From Candidatus Thalassarchaeaceae archaeon (GTDB lineage: Archaea; Thermoplasmatota; Poseidoniia; Poseidoniales; Thalassarchaeaceae): a stretch of DNA of 64,000 nt. Both the position numbers and the translations under genes were made by a program. Under the pieces are notes generated by a model. That model saw only the letters and a program-made list of their open reading frames with translations. It did no database searches and was not told the origin of the DNA. The stretch's first letter is position 1; each line of letters starts with the position of its first letter. Of the stretch, positions 48,439 through 58,973 are shown piece by piece. The stretch spans positions 67,973 to 131,972 of the forward strand of contig CALSZZ010000004.1 in NCBI GenBank assembly GCA_943841885.1, given 5' to 3'.

Positions 48439-49544
48439 TGACATTAGGAAAAACAAAAAGTAAACAAGAGGTAATAGAAGCCTTACATGGTGTAGCTGCT
48501 GAAATGCATGATAAAATGTTGAAAGGTAAACCACCTGCAATGACGTTACCAGTTAGAACCAAAAAGAATATACAATTTGATAAAAAACTACAGGTTTACA
48601 AATATGGCAAAAATAAGAGTACTAGGGATGCTACAGCATTAAGCTCCGCAAGAGTTTTACTGCGCTCCTTGCATATTACAGAGTTTATAGAGGAGATGAT
48701 TAATTCTGGAAAATCATCTACATTAAGAGAGATGTATTATATTTCAGAAGGATGGGGTAATGGTAAATTTGGAAATCAAAATGAGAGTAATAACCTTGCT
48801 GAGGACCTAGAAATAGTTACTAAATGTATAAGAGAGGATTTTAAATTGCGACCTGAGGAAGATGGTGCTAGGATAATTGGAAACGTTACCTTTGAAGAAA
48901 AAAATCGGAAAGGTGAATGGATGAGAATAAATTGTAGAGATGATGTTGGGGACTCGGGCTATGGAGTACCATACAACGTGGAATCTGAAAAATTAAGATT
49001 AGTAGAACAAGATATTGATTTTGTAATGGCGGTTGAAACAGGAGGGATGTTTGATAGGCTAGTAGAAAATGGATTTGATGAAGAAGCTAGATGTGCAATA
49101 ATACACCTCAAAGGCCAACCAGCAAGATCAACTAGACGAATTATGAAGAGAATGAGTGATGAATGGAAGAAGCCCATAATTGTATTTGCAGACTGTGATC
49201 CTTGGTCATTTAGAATCTTCGCTAGTATAGCCTATGGTGCAATAAAAACAGCACATATATCTGAATATTTAGCTACTAATGAAGCTATATATTTAGGGAT
49301 AACAGCGGATGACATTTTAGCATATGATTTACCAAGTGATGACTTAACGAAATCCGATTTAGGAGCACTTGAGTCTGAACTATCTGATCCTAGATTTGCT
49401 ACAGGGTGGTGGAAAGAACAGATTAATCTAATGCAAGAAATAGGTAAAAAAGCTGAACAACAATCTCTGGCAAAGTATGGACTAGATTTCGTCACAGATA
49501 CTTATTTACCAGAAAAATTAGGAGCCCTAGGGCTAAATTATTGA
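48438..49544 (+). CDS. top6A: DNA topoisomerase VI subunit A (Spo11 family)
   Basis: LREMYYISE (catalytic Tyr region) and the Toprim motifs [12 protein letters not shown] and [12 protein letters not shown] are present. ATG 48438 overlaps the top6B TAA as TAATG. The ORF track extends to a non-ATG codon at 48423. Confidence 0.9.
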   Translation: MTLGKTKSKQEVIEALHGVAAEMHDKMLKGKPPAMTLPVRTKKNIQFDKKLQVYKYGKNKSTRDATALSSARVLLRSLHITEFIEEMINSGKSSTLREMYYISEGWGNGKFGNQNESNNLAEDLEIVTKCIREDFKLRPEEDGARIIGNVTFEEKNRKGEWMRINCRDDVGDSGYGVPYNVESEKLRLVEQDIDFVMAVETGGMFDRLVENGFDEEARCAIIHLKGQPARSTRRIMKRMSDEWKKPIIVFADCDPWSFRIFASIAYGAIKTAHISEYLATNEAIYLGITADDILAYDLPSDDLTKSDLGALESELSDPRFATGWWKEQINLMQEIGKKAEQQSLAKYGLDFVTDTYLPEKLGALGLNY

Positions 49545-49593
49545 TTAAAAGGTTGATACAGAAGTAACCCTTGGGATAGGCGTAGGTGAGAAT

Positions 49594-50301
49594 TTGCTGA
49601 AATTGGGTAAATGGTTAACGGCAATATCGATAATTTTCTTGTTGATGGGTACATTGGCATATTTTTATGCAGAAAATGAGATGATAGAGATATTGGACCC
49701 GGAAAATAATAACTTAGTCGAGTTGGCCCCTAACTCAAGTCAGTCAGTAGAACTAGAAAAAATGGGAATGTATGTTGCTCTTCGGATGGATAAAAATAAT
49801 GGTTTAGCAGAATTAAAATTGATTAATAGCTCTGGAAAAGAAATTGAAGGTAGAGATGCTGCGTGGTATGATTTCCCTAGAACTGGCGTAGATGGTACTA
49901 TTTATGAAACTGTTAAAGTATATGAAAATCCTGAAAATGAACAGTATATTTTGTATAATGAAGGAAATACTACACTTTGGTTGATTGATGAAACATCAAA
50001 TCAAATAGAGATGTTTAGTAATCCTAGTTTCATAGCGTTGACTTGTGGCTTTTGTTTTGGTATACCATTGGCCATTATAGGGCTTTTTATATTAATTATT
50101 GGCTGGAGACGAAAGAAGAATGCTCGAAAGAAATCAGTATCTAATGAGTTTTACCTCGATCAGAAAAATGAAAATATAAAAATTATAATGGATACAGAAA
50201 AAGTACCAGATCCTTTTATAAAAAGTGGTTTGGAAATATCTAATAATGTAAAAAGCAGTGACAATAAAGATAATTTTTGGGAAGATTGGGATAATCAATA
50301 A
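49594..50301 (+). CDS. hypothetical bitopic membrane protein
   Basis: N-terminal TM (WLTAISIIFLLMGTLAYFY), a ~120-aa beta-rich middle region, a second TM (FIALTCGFCFGIPLAIIGLFILIIGW) and a charged tail. Confidence 0.5.
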   Translation: MLKLGKWLTAISIIFLLMGTLAYFYAENEMIEILDPENNNLVELAPNSSQSVELEKMGMYVALRMDKNNGLAELKLINSSGKEIEGRDAAWYDFPRTGVDGTIYETVKVYENPENEQYILYNEGNTTLWLIDETSNQIEMFSNPSFIALTCGFCFGIPLAIIGLFILIIGWRRKKNARKKSVSNEFYLDQKNENIKIIMDTEKVPDPFIKSGLEISNNVKSSDNKDNFWEDWDNQ

Positions 50302-50356
50302 TAATGATTGGGTTTTTAGAATACCGTCCACTACCCAACCTTGGGTTGGCAAGTAG

Positions 50357-51094
50357 ATGGGAGGATTCGATGAGGTTTTATCTGTGTTAGAAAATTCTAC
50401 GAGAAGACAAATATTGATGCTTCTTGTTAAAGAGCCTCACTATCCTTTACAGATTTCTGAATTAATCGATGTTAGTCAGCAGGCCGTAGTAAAACATCTA
50501 AAAATCTTAGAAAAGGCGGATTTTGTGAATTCAGAAATGGTTGCCTCAGAAAAAGGAGGGCCTCCGAAAAAAATGTACAAAGTAGAACAGTCATTTTCTT
50601 TAAGATTAGATTTGGGCCCCGATCTATTTCGCACTGAGCATAGAAAAATACCAAGAGGAGGTGCAATGAAACTTTCAAATAAACTTCCAATGGAATTAGA
50701 AGGTGTAGTTAAGACATTAGGTACTAGAAGAAAATTAGATCTGGCAGAAGCAATTGATGTTTTAGGTGAATTAGATTTAGCATTAGAAAAAATTGATGCT
50801 CAACGTGATGCAGTTATTGCAATGCATCAACAAGTTAAGAAAAAAGTATCCTCTAGTGTTTCTGAACATTCTGATTCTTATGAGGAAAGAAGATTGGCTC
50901 ATGCGATAATGAACCAGCCAAGAAGGCCATTAGATTTGGATTTATTTTCTCATGGCCTTAGAATACAATCAATTGATGCTGAAGAAATGATGGACAATCT
51001 ACGTGACCGTTTACTGAGAGATTTTGCAGCAAGCAAAGGAAGCTTTGTAGCTGCCAAAAAAGGCACTCCATTACCATGGTGGTTGGCAAAATAG
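50357..51094 (+). CDS. ArsR-type winged-helix transcription regulator with a long helical C-terminal domain
   Basis: LENSTRRQILMLLVKEPHYPLQISELIDVSQQAVVKHLKILEKADFV is a classic ArsR/SmtB HTH. About 150 further aa are helical. Confidence 0.7.
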   Translation: MGGFDEVLSVLENSTRRQILMLLVKEPHYPLQISELIDVSQQAVVKHLKILEKADFVNSEMVASEKGGPPKKMYKVEQSFSLRLDLGPDLFRTEHRKIPRGGAMKLSNKLPMELEGVVKTLGTRRKLDLAEAIDVLGELDLALEKIDAQRDAVIAMHQQVKKKVSSSVSEHSDSYEERRLAHAIMNQPRRPLDLDLFSHGLRIQSIDAEEMMDNLRDRLLRDFAASKGSFVAAKKGTPLPWWLAK

Positions 51095-54000
51095 TTAGAA
51101 GACTATTTCATCGTCATCATTCTTTGACATCAGACTTGTCTTCTCAGCAAATGCTTGTAATGCATCTAATCTTCTACCATACATCACATATCCAGCCACA
51201 CCAATCAGTGAAAATGTTGCACCTAATATGATGGTTGGAACAGAATACCGTGCTATCACATCAATTATTACATCCCCTGTTCCGAAGGTTGAGCTTAATT
51301 CTCCACCTGGTATTCTCATGATATTATTTGTTTCATCGGTCTCGACGATGTCATTGTCCGAATCCACTACAACTACAACATCATGATTCCCAGCCTCAAC
51401 CATATATAGTAGAGTTATAGGATCAGGATTTTCTAATCCTCCATCACCTATGGGCATTATTGCTTTGATAATTTGTCTGTACACTATGTTATTCTCATCA
51501 CAGCCATTTTTCTTTATATTGTTTGGAGATTGATCTTTACAAAGTATTACATTAACATCTGTAGCGTGTGCATTCCCTCTGTTGACAATCTTTACGCTAA
51601 CAGAAAGCATTTCACCTATTGATCCTTTTTTAGCCCCTGTAGTAACTTCTAGAATTTCTAAGTCCGGTGCTCTTAAACGTAGTTCTAGTATTTGTTCATT
51701 AGTATCACAATTTGGACGATAATTGTCTGGTATACCGTCTTTATTTGTATCCAATGTACAAGAGTCTTCCCATCCTGGTGTTTCATCATAATCTCCATTA
51801 TTTTGAGATGATCCAAACATTGAAACTGCCTTAATTCCTATTTCCCTATTCTGTAACGCAGCATCTGGAGCTATAGAAACAATAACAACAATTTGGAGTG
51901 TTGTGTAAGCTTCCATCATAGGTAAAGTAAGCGCCCCTGTTTGAGCAGAAAGGTAGCATCCTTCAGATGGTATTGGTTCTGATAATGTAAGGAAATCTGG
52001 TGCTTGACCCAAACATAAGATCTCTACTGGATACTCTGTATCAAAACCTTCTAGAAGAGCAAATTTAATATCCCAATTTGAAAGTGTATTCATCCCTGGT
52101 ACAACACCCCAGCCTCCGGCTGCATCAATTGTATGATTGTGTATAGTAGGCTGATCTGGAACATTACCAAAATTAGTTACATTCAAAGTAAATCTAACTA
52201 TTCTACTTGGGGCAGTAGTCTTGATTTTACTTTCTACACTTGGATCTAGAGTGATTCTTACATCATGGAATTCAATGATATTAATTTTTAATGAAATAAC
52301 ATCTCTAAGTTTACTGCCTTCGTACTCCTCCTCACTGTATATATTAAAATTAACAGTATATTGGCCTGCCAATGTTTTTTCTGGAACATTAATAATTATT
52401 GGATATTCTCCAATTTCATCTCTATCTAATTCTCCAAATAATATTCGTGGTATTTCAATATCCCATACATGAGAATTACCATCAGAATCTGTGATAGACT
52501 CTATTGTCACATCAAACCTATCTGGACCATTTCCAAGATTTTCAATAGTAGTATTCATTTGATAAGGTTGGCCAGGATAAAGATCTAAGATAGATTCTGG
52601 AACTGTTGCTTCTAGGTCATATCTTTGGATTACATTAGTCAAAATTACAACGGAATCTCTGATTTTTGGTTGGCCATCTAAATGGGCCCTGACTGCTACG
52701 GAATCTCCCAGACCAGCAGTTGCATTGTATGGGGCACACATTACTGCAGTAACTGTGTATGGAGTATTGATCTGAGACCAATACCTTGGGGCGTCATCGG
52801 CTGGACCGTTGCCACCCGGTGCATTTGAAAAGTCTAAATCGACAGTCCAGTGATCAAATCTCCAAGTTTCTTCTGTCCAATTAGATGGTTTTTCCGGAGG
52901 CGCCCCAGGAATATTGAATACCAAGTGCCCAGGAGTAAAATGCTTAGTAACATCAATATCAAACTCACTACATTCACCTGGAAGAACATATTGTGAATTG
53001 AAATCTCCAGAAAATACAATGTTTCCAGTAGTCCTTGTTGATACATTTATCCATAATTCCAGAACATCAAATGTTCCCCTATCTATTGATAAGACTGGTT
53101 CGCCTGTTGACCATCCCTTTAGATAAATTACAAATGTTCCTGGCTCTTGAGAGGTTGGGACACTTACTTGTAAATTCTTAGTCACAGATTGTAAAGGATC
53201 TAAAGATAAAGATGTAGGGAAATCAATACCCCATCCGAATGGTAATGCCCATTCATTTTGTCCTTCTAATGTAGAAGGGTCATAGAATGCAAACGTATCA
53301 AAAACATTGCCCGTATTCTTTACAGAAACGGAGAAGACGGCTGATCTACCTTGTTCTATATCTACTTGATAGTGGCTAGTATCTAATTCAATACCATGTA
53401 CTACATCCATTAATGTTAAAGTTAATTTTTCATTAAATATTGCTACATCTTTAAAAGAAACTGCAGTTATTTTCACTTGAGCTAATTCATCTTGCTTTGC
53501 TTGATATATTGTTGGGGCGCGTAGCTTCATGTAAATAGGAACTACTTCACCACCTTCCAAATGTACTGGAGTAGATTCGAATATTGGCGTATTGTTTGTT
53601 GTATAGAATAGAGTTGCACTCCAATTTTGAGGGATACCTGACATAGTTACTGTAAATGTATCTTTTACAAGTTCGGCTGGACCCGGAGTAGGATTAGCAA
53701 TTGTCATGTTGTAAGTGGTCAATTCACCTGGAAATATTGTATGATAGAATGTTTCTGTTTCTTCTGGACAATCATAATAATGCCCTTCTAAATTAGGATT
53801 TGCAATTAACTTTTCATCGCATGCCAGAGAGATATCAACTAGTCCTGTCAGAACATGTACATAGCATAACGTATATTTTCCAGCATTATTTTCTTCATTA
53901 CATTTGTTTGTATCGGACCACCCTAGATGAGCCCCACTGCCTAAGTCATTTGCAAATGCTGGCGTCTGTCCTAGGTCTGGTGTAGCAGGAGAATTTGGAC

Positions 54001-56266
54001 CTAATTTATCTGATTGCCAAGAAGTTACAGGTATAATTGTCCATGGGTCAAATATTGCAGACGCAATTGAATTTAAAGGAAAACCATCTGGGTAGTCATC
54101 GTTTGTATGGTTTAGACGTGTATAAACTACTGTCTCACCTTGTGTATCATTATAATTATCCAACCATGCGAGATGGACATTATCGAACGAATCCGTGATT
54201 ATTGAAGGTAAATGAGAATTCGCACCAAATGGGCGATTTGGATCAATGCCTTGCAATCCTTCAACTTCAGATATTGCTGCATCTGCTATTTGTTTTATTC
54301 CAAATGTAGGTAGTCCTTCAGATGCTCCATCCCATTCAGCGGCACCTCTTAATTTCAATCTCGTATAATATATTTCATAATTTACATCTATATCGAAGCC
54401 ATAAGCTCGTCCATCTTGCCATGCTAGATGTGTGAGGCCGGTAGAATCTAATGCTATTGATGGATGTAGGCTATATGCATCATTAAGTGTAATTCGAGTA
54501 TCATTTACGACAACTAAATGACCATACCCAGAAATATCTTCTGAAGGTCCTAGGTCTTCAGTATATGAATTAGTATTAGAGTTAACTTCTGTTCCTGAAT
54601 CTCCCTTGACCCATCCTGGCCAGGGCCTATCTAACAAAGATAATGGATCTAAAACTGTCATGTATATTTCTCTAGAGTTATTTGTTGAAAGATAAACCAT
54701 TGCTTCAACCATTATTTCTAGCTCTGCTGAACTTGATGAAGAAGTAGGAAAACCATACATCTGACCACCTGCATTTGTCAACCTAAGGTTGTTACCATTA
54801 CATGTTCTAGAGTTAAGACCGGAGCCGTTTGGACATTGTGCTAAATCCATCATATATGATGCTACATCTGTATCTGAACCTGCCCACAAGGGAGTCGGTA
54901 CAATATCAGCAGTAACACAGGCATCGTGAGATTCGGAAATACTCACAGTATCATCATTATCCATAGGAGTGCCTCCATAAGGCCCTTCATCGGAAATAGG
55001 TATTACTATTTTAGTAGCGTTAGGATTCCACTTATGATCTGACTGAGTAGGAGGATTACCAGGGACATTTCCATTGGCATCATGCCAAGAAAGGCAGGCC
55101 CATGTGGCTGCTGGACCCCAAAATTCACTAAAATATCCTCCATCCGTAGGAAGATCTACTGCGGCATTGTTGTATACAACTTCATCTAAATATCGAATTC
55201 CTCCTGATGTTTCACTATCCCCTAGAGGTGTGCTTCTAGGTCCTTGACTACCAGATCCTCCAGTTTGATATGCAGTTGCACATGCACCACTTTGTGATGC
55301 TGCCGGCCAATTACCACTCAATGCATAAAGTGTTTCATACACACTCATATTGGCACTTTCCAATAATGGCTTCAACCCTGGGAAAGAGCCTCCACTTGCA
55401 AAATTTCCTCCGTAGAAAACAACACACATATCAGCCCATTCTGTATTCATAGAACCTGATGTGTCAATTGGAACAACCATCTCTACTTTACCCCCTCTAG
55501 TATCATCCCATACGATTTGAACAAAGTCATCTACATCTATAGCTATATCTGGGTGTCCTTTATGCCCTAAAATAGGCGTTAATAATGTACTATCAATTGC
55601 TATGATTGCCTCCCTAGTAACGTAATCTATTTCAAGCATTTTGTAATATATTTGTGGTTGTTGATAGAATTTTTCCAAAGGTTCAAACGCGTCTTCCCAG
55701 ACAATATGAGGATTATTATTTGAATCTACATCTATTGCAGGATAGTCCCTATTTTGAGGATTATTAGCAACCTCATAATCATTTACTACAGAAATTACTG
55801 AATCTAAGGCTGAACCTCCATCTCTATCATCTAAATACGGATCCAATAATGTGTACATTATTGAATATTGGCCCGCCTTATCTGTCCAAACAACATGTAC
55901 TTTATCATCATCATCAACTGTCAGATCTGGGTGCCAAGCCCTATGACTTCCTGGGTTAGATATCTGAGTAGCTGAAATTACTGTTTCACCCCTTGGGTCT
56001 TGCATTTGATAATACAGATGTTGAGTATTTCGACTGAATACTAAGTGGATGTTACCATTAGAATCTCCAGATATTGCTATCATTCTATCACTATATTGAG
56101 TTCCGCTATTCACAATTTGAATTGGATCCGTTAGAACGACATCGCTTGCTTCAGCTGGAGGTATCTCAATTGCTGCAAACAAACTCAAAAGCATTATAGA
56201 AACTAAAGTAAAACTATTTCTTTTCTTGAAAGAATCTGATTTTCGAATTCCATAATTACCTTTCAT
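51095..56266 (-). CDS. giant surface protein: signal peptide, propeller-like repeats interrupted by a vWA-like domain, CARDB-like repeats, single C-terminal TM anchor
   Basis: 1723 aa. Signal LVSIMLLSLFAAIEIPPAEA. Seven repeats of the type D..N.H(V/L)(V/A)W (NIHLVF, KVHVVWTD, PHIVWED, VQIVWDD, THLAWQD, NVHLAWLD, AHLGWSD). MIDAS-like VVPIDTSGSM and IPISDEGP. CARDB-type motifs VKNTGNVFDTF, IENLGNGPDRF, VTNFGNVPDQP, IVNRGNAHATD. C-terminal TM IILGATFSLIGVAGYVMYGRR. Confidence 0.8.
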   Translation of the reverse strand: MKGNYGIRKSDSFKKRNSFTLVSIMLLSLFAAIEIPPAEASDVVLTDPIQIVNSGTQYSDRMIAISGDSNGNIHLVFSRNTQHLYYQMQDPRGETVISATQISNPGSHRAWHPDLTVDDDDKVHVVWTDKAGQYSIMYTLLDPYLDDRDGGSALDSVISVVNDYEVANNPQNRDYPAIDVDSNNNPHIVWEDAFEPLEKFYQQPQIYYKMLEIDYVTREAIIAIDSTLLTPILGHKGHPDIAIDVDDFVQIVWDDTRGGKVEMVVPIDTSGSMNTEWADMCVVFYGGNFASGGSFPGLKPLLESANMSVYETLYALSGNWPAASQSGACATAYQTGGSGSQGPRSTPLGDSETSGGIRYLDEVVYNNAAVDLPTDGGYFSEFWGPAATWACLSWHDANGNVPGNPPTQSDHKWNPNATKIVIPISDEGPYGGTPMDNDDTVSISESHDACVTADIVPTPLWAGSDTDVASYMMDLAQCPNGSGLNSRTCNGNNLRLTNAGGQMYGFPTSSSSSAELEIMVEAMVYLSTNNSREIYMTVLDPLSLLDRPWPGWVKGDSGTEVNSNTNSYTEDLGPSEDISGYGHLVVVNDTRITLNDAYSLHPSIALDSTGLTHLAWQDGRAYGFDIDVNYEIYYTRLKLRGAAEWDGASEGLPTFGIKQIADAAISEVEGLQGIDPNRPFGANSHLPSIITDSFDNVHLAWLDNYNDTQGETVVYTRLNHTNDDYPDGFPLNSIASAIFDPWTIIPVTSWQSDKLGPNSPATPDLGQTPAFANDLGSGAHLGWSDTNKCNEENNAGKYTLCYVHVLTGLVDISLACDEKLIANPNLEGHYYDCPEETETFYHTIFPGELTTYNMTIANPTPGPAELVKDTFTVTMSGIPQNWSATLFYTTNNTPIFESTPVHLEGGEVVPIYMKLRAPTIYQAKQDELAQVKITAVSFKDVAIFNEKLTLTLMDVVHGIELDTSHYQVDIEQGRSAVFSVSVKNTGNVFDTFAFYDPSTLEGQNEWALPFGWGIDFPTSLSLDPLQSVTKNLQVSVPTSQEPGTFVIYLKGWSTGEPVLSIDRGTFDVLELWINVSTRTTGNIVFSGDFNSQYVLPGECSEFDIDVTKHFTPGHLVFNIPGAPPEKPSNWTEETWRFDHWTVDLDFSNAPGGNGPADDAPRYWSQINTPYTVTAVMCAPYNATAGLGDSVAVRAHLDGQPKIRDSVVILTNVIQRYDLEATVPESILDLYPGQPYQMNTTIENLGNGPDRFDVTIESITDSDGNSHVWDIEIPRILFGELDRDEIGEYPIIINVPEKTLAGQYTVNFNIYSEEEYEGSKLRDVISLKINIIEFHDVRITLDPSVESKIKTTAPSRIVRFTLNVTNFGNVPDQPTIHNHTIDAAGGWGVVPGMNTLSNWDIKFALLEGFDTEYPVEILCLGQAPDFLTLSEPIPSEGCYLSAQTGALTLPMMEAYTTLQIVVIVSIAPDAALQNREIGIKAVSMFGSSQNNGDYDETPGWEDSCTLDTNKDGIPDNYRPNCDTNEQILELRLRAPDLEILEVTTGAKKGSIGEMLSVSVKIVNRGNAHATDVNVILCKDQSPNNIKKNGCDENNIVYRQIIKAIMPIGDGGLENPDPITLLYMVEAGNHDVVVVVDSDNDIVETDETNNIMRIPGGELSSTFGTGDVIIDVIARYSVPTIILGATFSLIGVAGYVMYGRRLDALQAFAEKTSLMSKNDDDEIVF

Positions 56267-56351
56267 CAGTTTTGTGAGGTTTTTCAGATACTTAACTCAA
56301 CCGCTTTGCGGTCACAATTTAAGAATTCTAAATATTATGTTTTTATAAAAG

Positions 56352-56993
56352 TTAAATCCACTTAGAAGGGTCAAATTCTTTACCAAATCCGCCCGATTCA
56401 TCAGTATCTATCTGAGTTTTTTTCGATTCTGTTACTGCTGCTTTCTTTGCCGCTTTAGAGGTCCAATCATCTACTGGACCTGGTTTACCAATACCTTTAC
56501 CAAAGTTAAATTTTATTTGATGTATTAATGATAGTTTTGTTAACCAAAGTTTACGCATTGAATGCATAAATTCATTTTGAGTAAGACCATCAAACCATAC
56601 TGGTCGAGATAAATTAAATGCTTGTAATGGACCAGATTTATCACCTTTATGTCCTATGTGTAAAACCCAATCTAAATCACTAGTTGTTAGTTCTAAACGT
56701 GTATTATGAAGCCAGTGCTCCCATTCTTCTGATTCATTTTTTGATTGTTCAATCATTATTTTTTGTTGTCCTTCATCTACCCTGGTAACTGTATATATTA
56801 AAATCAAATTTCTTTTTTTTGGGATTACTATATTGAAAACATGTCCTTGACGTGTTGGAGGGTATTTGCAATGTAAATGAATTAGAGCCTGATGGTCTTT
56901 AATTTCTTTATATTCGAGGCTCTCACTTTTGAGCCAATTTTTGACAGCACTGATTGCATCTTGAGCGTTCACAACAAGACATGGGCAGGGCAT
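56352..56993 (-). CDS. hypothetical protein, YbjN/DUF2299-like N-terminal domain
   Basis: 213 aa. AISAVKNWLKSESLEYKEIKDHQALIHLHCKYP...FNIVIPKKRNLILIYTV resembles archaeal DUF2299 (weak recall). It has a Lys-rich tail and starts 1 nt after the upstream acyltransferase stop. Confidence 0.4.
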   Translation of the reverse strand: MPCPCLVVNAQDAISAVKNWLKSESLEYKEIKDHQALIHLHCKYPPTRQGHVFNIVIPKKRNLILIYTVTRVDEGQQKIMIEQSKNESEEWEHWLHNTRLELTTSDLDWVLHIGHKGDKSGPLQAFNLSRPVWFDGLTQNEFMHSMRKLWLTKLSLIHQIKFNFGKGIGKPGPVDDWTSKAAKKAAVTESKKTQIDTDESGGFGKEFDPSKWI

Positions 56994-56994
56994 C

Positions 56995-58503
56995 CTATTT
57001 TAGTACGTCTAAATTTGTATTGATTTCTTCAATTAATTTGATTAATTTTGAACCATCTTTTGATTGATTTAGAATTTTCCCATTCAATCTGAATTTAAAA
57101 TCAATCCACATATCATAACCTAGTAAAAATAAAAGATTAGAAGAATGATAAATAAAAATCGAAAATATTAAGAAAAATGGAAAAGAAAAAAGTGGTAGAT
57201 TAAAGAATGTATTATCTATTATAATAAAATAAATTAGAGAAACCATGGGCCATATCGATATTGGAGAAATCATAGCTGCTATCATATGATATGTAGTTCT
57301 AGCATCTATTCCTTCATCTGTTTTATTACCCAAGTACCAAGCGAGTAGAGCTTGAATTCCTGTTGAAGATAGTGTTATTGGAGAACATAGAATCATAATA
57401 AATAATCCAAATATGCCTTTAAGGATGTTTGGTTTGGTATTTATTGTCAAATCATTATTTATAATACGTCCATCTAAGTTGCGGGAATGTAAAATTTTAG
57501 ATGCTTTTATAGCATTTTTTTGTAAAATAGGAGAAGCATTTTGTTTAATTTTTTCTCTCACTTCCCTTGTTGCAAGAACTTCTTTTTTGTATGTTGACAA
57601 TTCCTTACCATTATTTATTGCAACAAGATGGGCAAGTAATTGCCATGATCTGTAAGTTTCCCAATCAGGAGCATCTCTTGATATTGGTGCCAATTTTCTT
57701 GTTAACTCATTTCTTAGTTCTATTACTAAATCTTCAGGAGGTTCGACCCATATGCCTTCCATCAATTTCTGTCTATCTTCTTTAATTGGGTTATGTGGGA
57801 CTAATACTGGTTCTATCTGCTCAAGATATAAGTCTGTTCTAAACCAATGATGAACTCTAAAGTGTAATCCTATAGGTTGAAAAACTGGAGGAGGGATATT
57901 ACGTTCTTTTGCAATAGAAGCAGCATTTATTGCAGACCTCATTGAGCCTGTTCTTAGATGGCGTAATTGAGAATCTTGATGTCCTACTCCTTCTGGCATA
58001 ATTATTGCACAATATCCCCCTGATAGAGAATGAGCAACTGTAAGCATACTTCTTTGATTAAGGTGATGAGCAAATTCTGCTTCTGCAATTCCTTCTATTT
58101 GTTCTGCCTTTCTAATTACTGGTTGTGAACCAACACGTCTTGCTATCCAACTAATTACGGGAACAGATGTAGTCAAATCATGCCTACCTAATGTTACCAT
58201 TCTTTGTTTTGGGTTACTCATTGTGATGCAAATTGGATCGACCAAACCATTTACATGGGTAGCAACACATAGTCTTCCTCCATCTGTTTGGTGGGGTTCT
58301 TCGACTTCTTTTCTTCGAAATAAATATGACCATGGAACTAAGAGAATAGTTGTTATGAATTTCCAAAACCAAGCGGACCCGGGATGTGAACCGTCATGTG
58401 CCCAAGGAACAGATTCTAATTTGCGCATGTTAATTTTTTTGGCTCTCTTCGAAAGTTCAGGAGCAATATCTTTTGATAGTATAGGATCATGTTCCATGGA
58501 CAT
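56995..58503 (-). CDS. glycerolipid (PlsC/LPLAT-type) acyltransferase with a C-terminal multi-TM region
   Basis: Motif I HxxxxD in VATHVNGLVDP, a motif III-like IMPEGVGH, and a motif IV-like FQPIGLHF. The C-terminal ~130 aa form several hydrophobic helices. Confidence 0.65.
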   Translation of the reverse strand: MSMEHDPILSKDIAPELSKRAKKINMRKLESVPWAHDGSHPGSAWFWKFITTILLVPWSYLFRRKEVEEPHQTDGGRLCVATHVNGLVDPICITMSNPKQRMVTLGRHDLTTSVPVISWIARRVGSQPVIRKAEQIEGIAEAEFAHHLNQRSMLTVAHSLSGGYCAIIMPEGVGHQDSQLRHLRTGSMRSAINAASIAKERNIPPPVFQPIGLHFRVHHWFRTDLYLEQIEPVLVPHNPIKEDRQKLMEGIWVEPPEDLVIELRNELTRKLAPISRDAPDWETYRSWQLLAHLVAINNGKELSTYKKEVLATREVREKIKQNASPILQKNAIKASKILHSRNLDGRIINNDLTINTKPNILKGIFGLFIMILCSPITLSSTGIQALLAWYLGNKTDEGIDARTTYHMIAAMISPISIWPMVSLIYFIIIDNTFFNLPLFSFPFFLIFSIFIYHSSNLLFLLGYDMWIDFKFRLNGKILNQSKDGSKLIKLIEEINTNLDVLK

Positions 58504-58526
58504 CTGAGCAGGTTCTTGATTTTAGA

Positions 58527-58967
58527 CTATATCCCTTTTAGAATGATTTGATTAATTTTTTCAGTCATTAATATAGCATCTTCATGGTCTATCGGCGTAG
58601 ATTTGAATGGAAATTGTAAACCGCGGCCATCAGGAAATTTTGGGATTATATGAAAATGAACATGGAAAATAGATTGAAAAGCATTTATTCCATTATTTTG
58701 TAATACATTAAATTCCTTTGCCCCCGTAATTTCCAATATTGCTTTAGACAGTTTTGGCAATATTCTACCAACGGCAGCTGATGATTCACTAGATAATTTA
58801 TCCAATGTTGTAACTTTTTCTTTCGGAATTAATAATGTATGTCCTGGGCTAAATGGATTAATGTCCAATATTGCAATTATTAATTCATCTTCATATAATT
58901 TATATGAGGGAATTTTACCATCTATTATCATGGAAAATATAGTCTCTTCATCAGACAATTTACCCAA
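58527..58967 (-). CDS. HIT-family nucleotide hydrolase/transferase
   Basis: Histidine triad HVHFHIIPK and an N-terminal IFSMIIDGKIPS. Confidence 0.85.
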   Translation of the reverse strand: MGKLSDEETIFSMIIDGKIPSYKLYEDELIIAILDINPFSPGHTLLIPKEKVTTLDKLSSESSAAVGRILPKLSKAILEITGAKEFNVLQNNGINAFQSIFHVHFHIIPKFPDGRGLQFPFKSTPIDHEDAILMTEKINQIILKGI

Positions 58968-58973
58968 TCCTTT

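Noticed and set aside
51095-56266. PGF-CTERM/archaeosortase sorting signal on the giant proteins
   Set aside because: The C-termini show a plain TM plus charged tail (1723-aa protein) or a polytopic module (1670-aa protein). No PGF tripeptide precedes the final helix.
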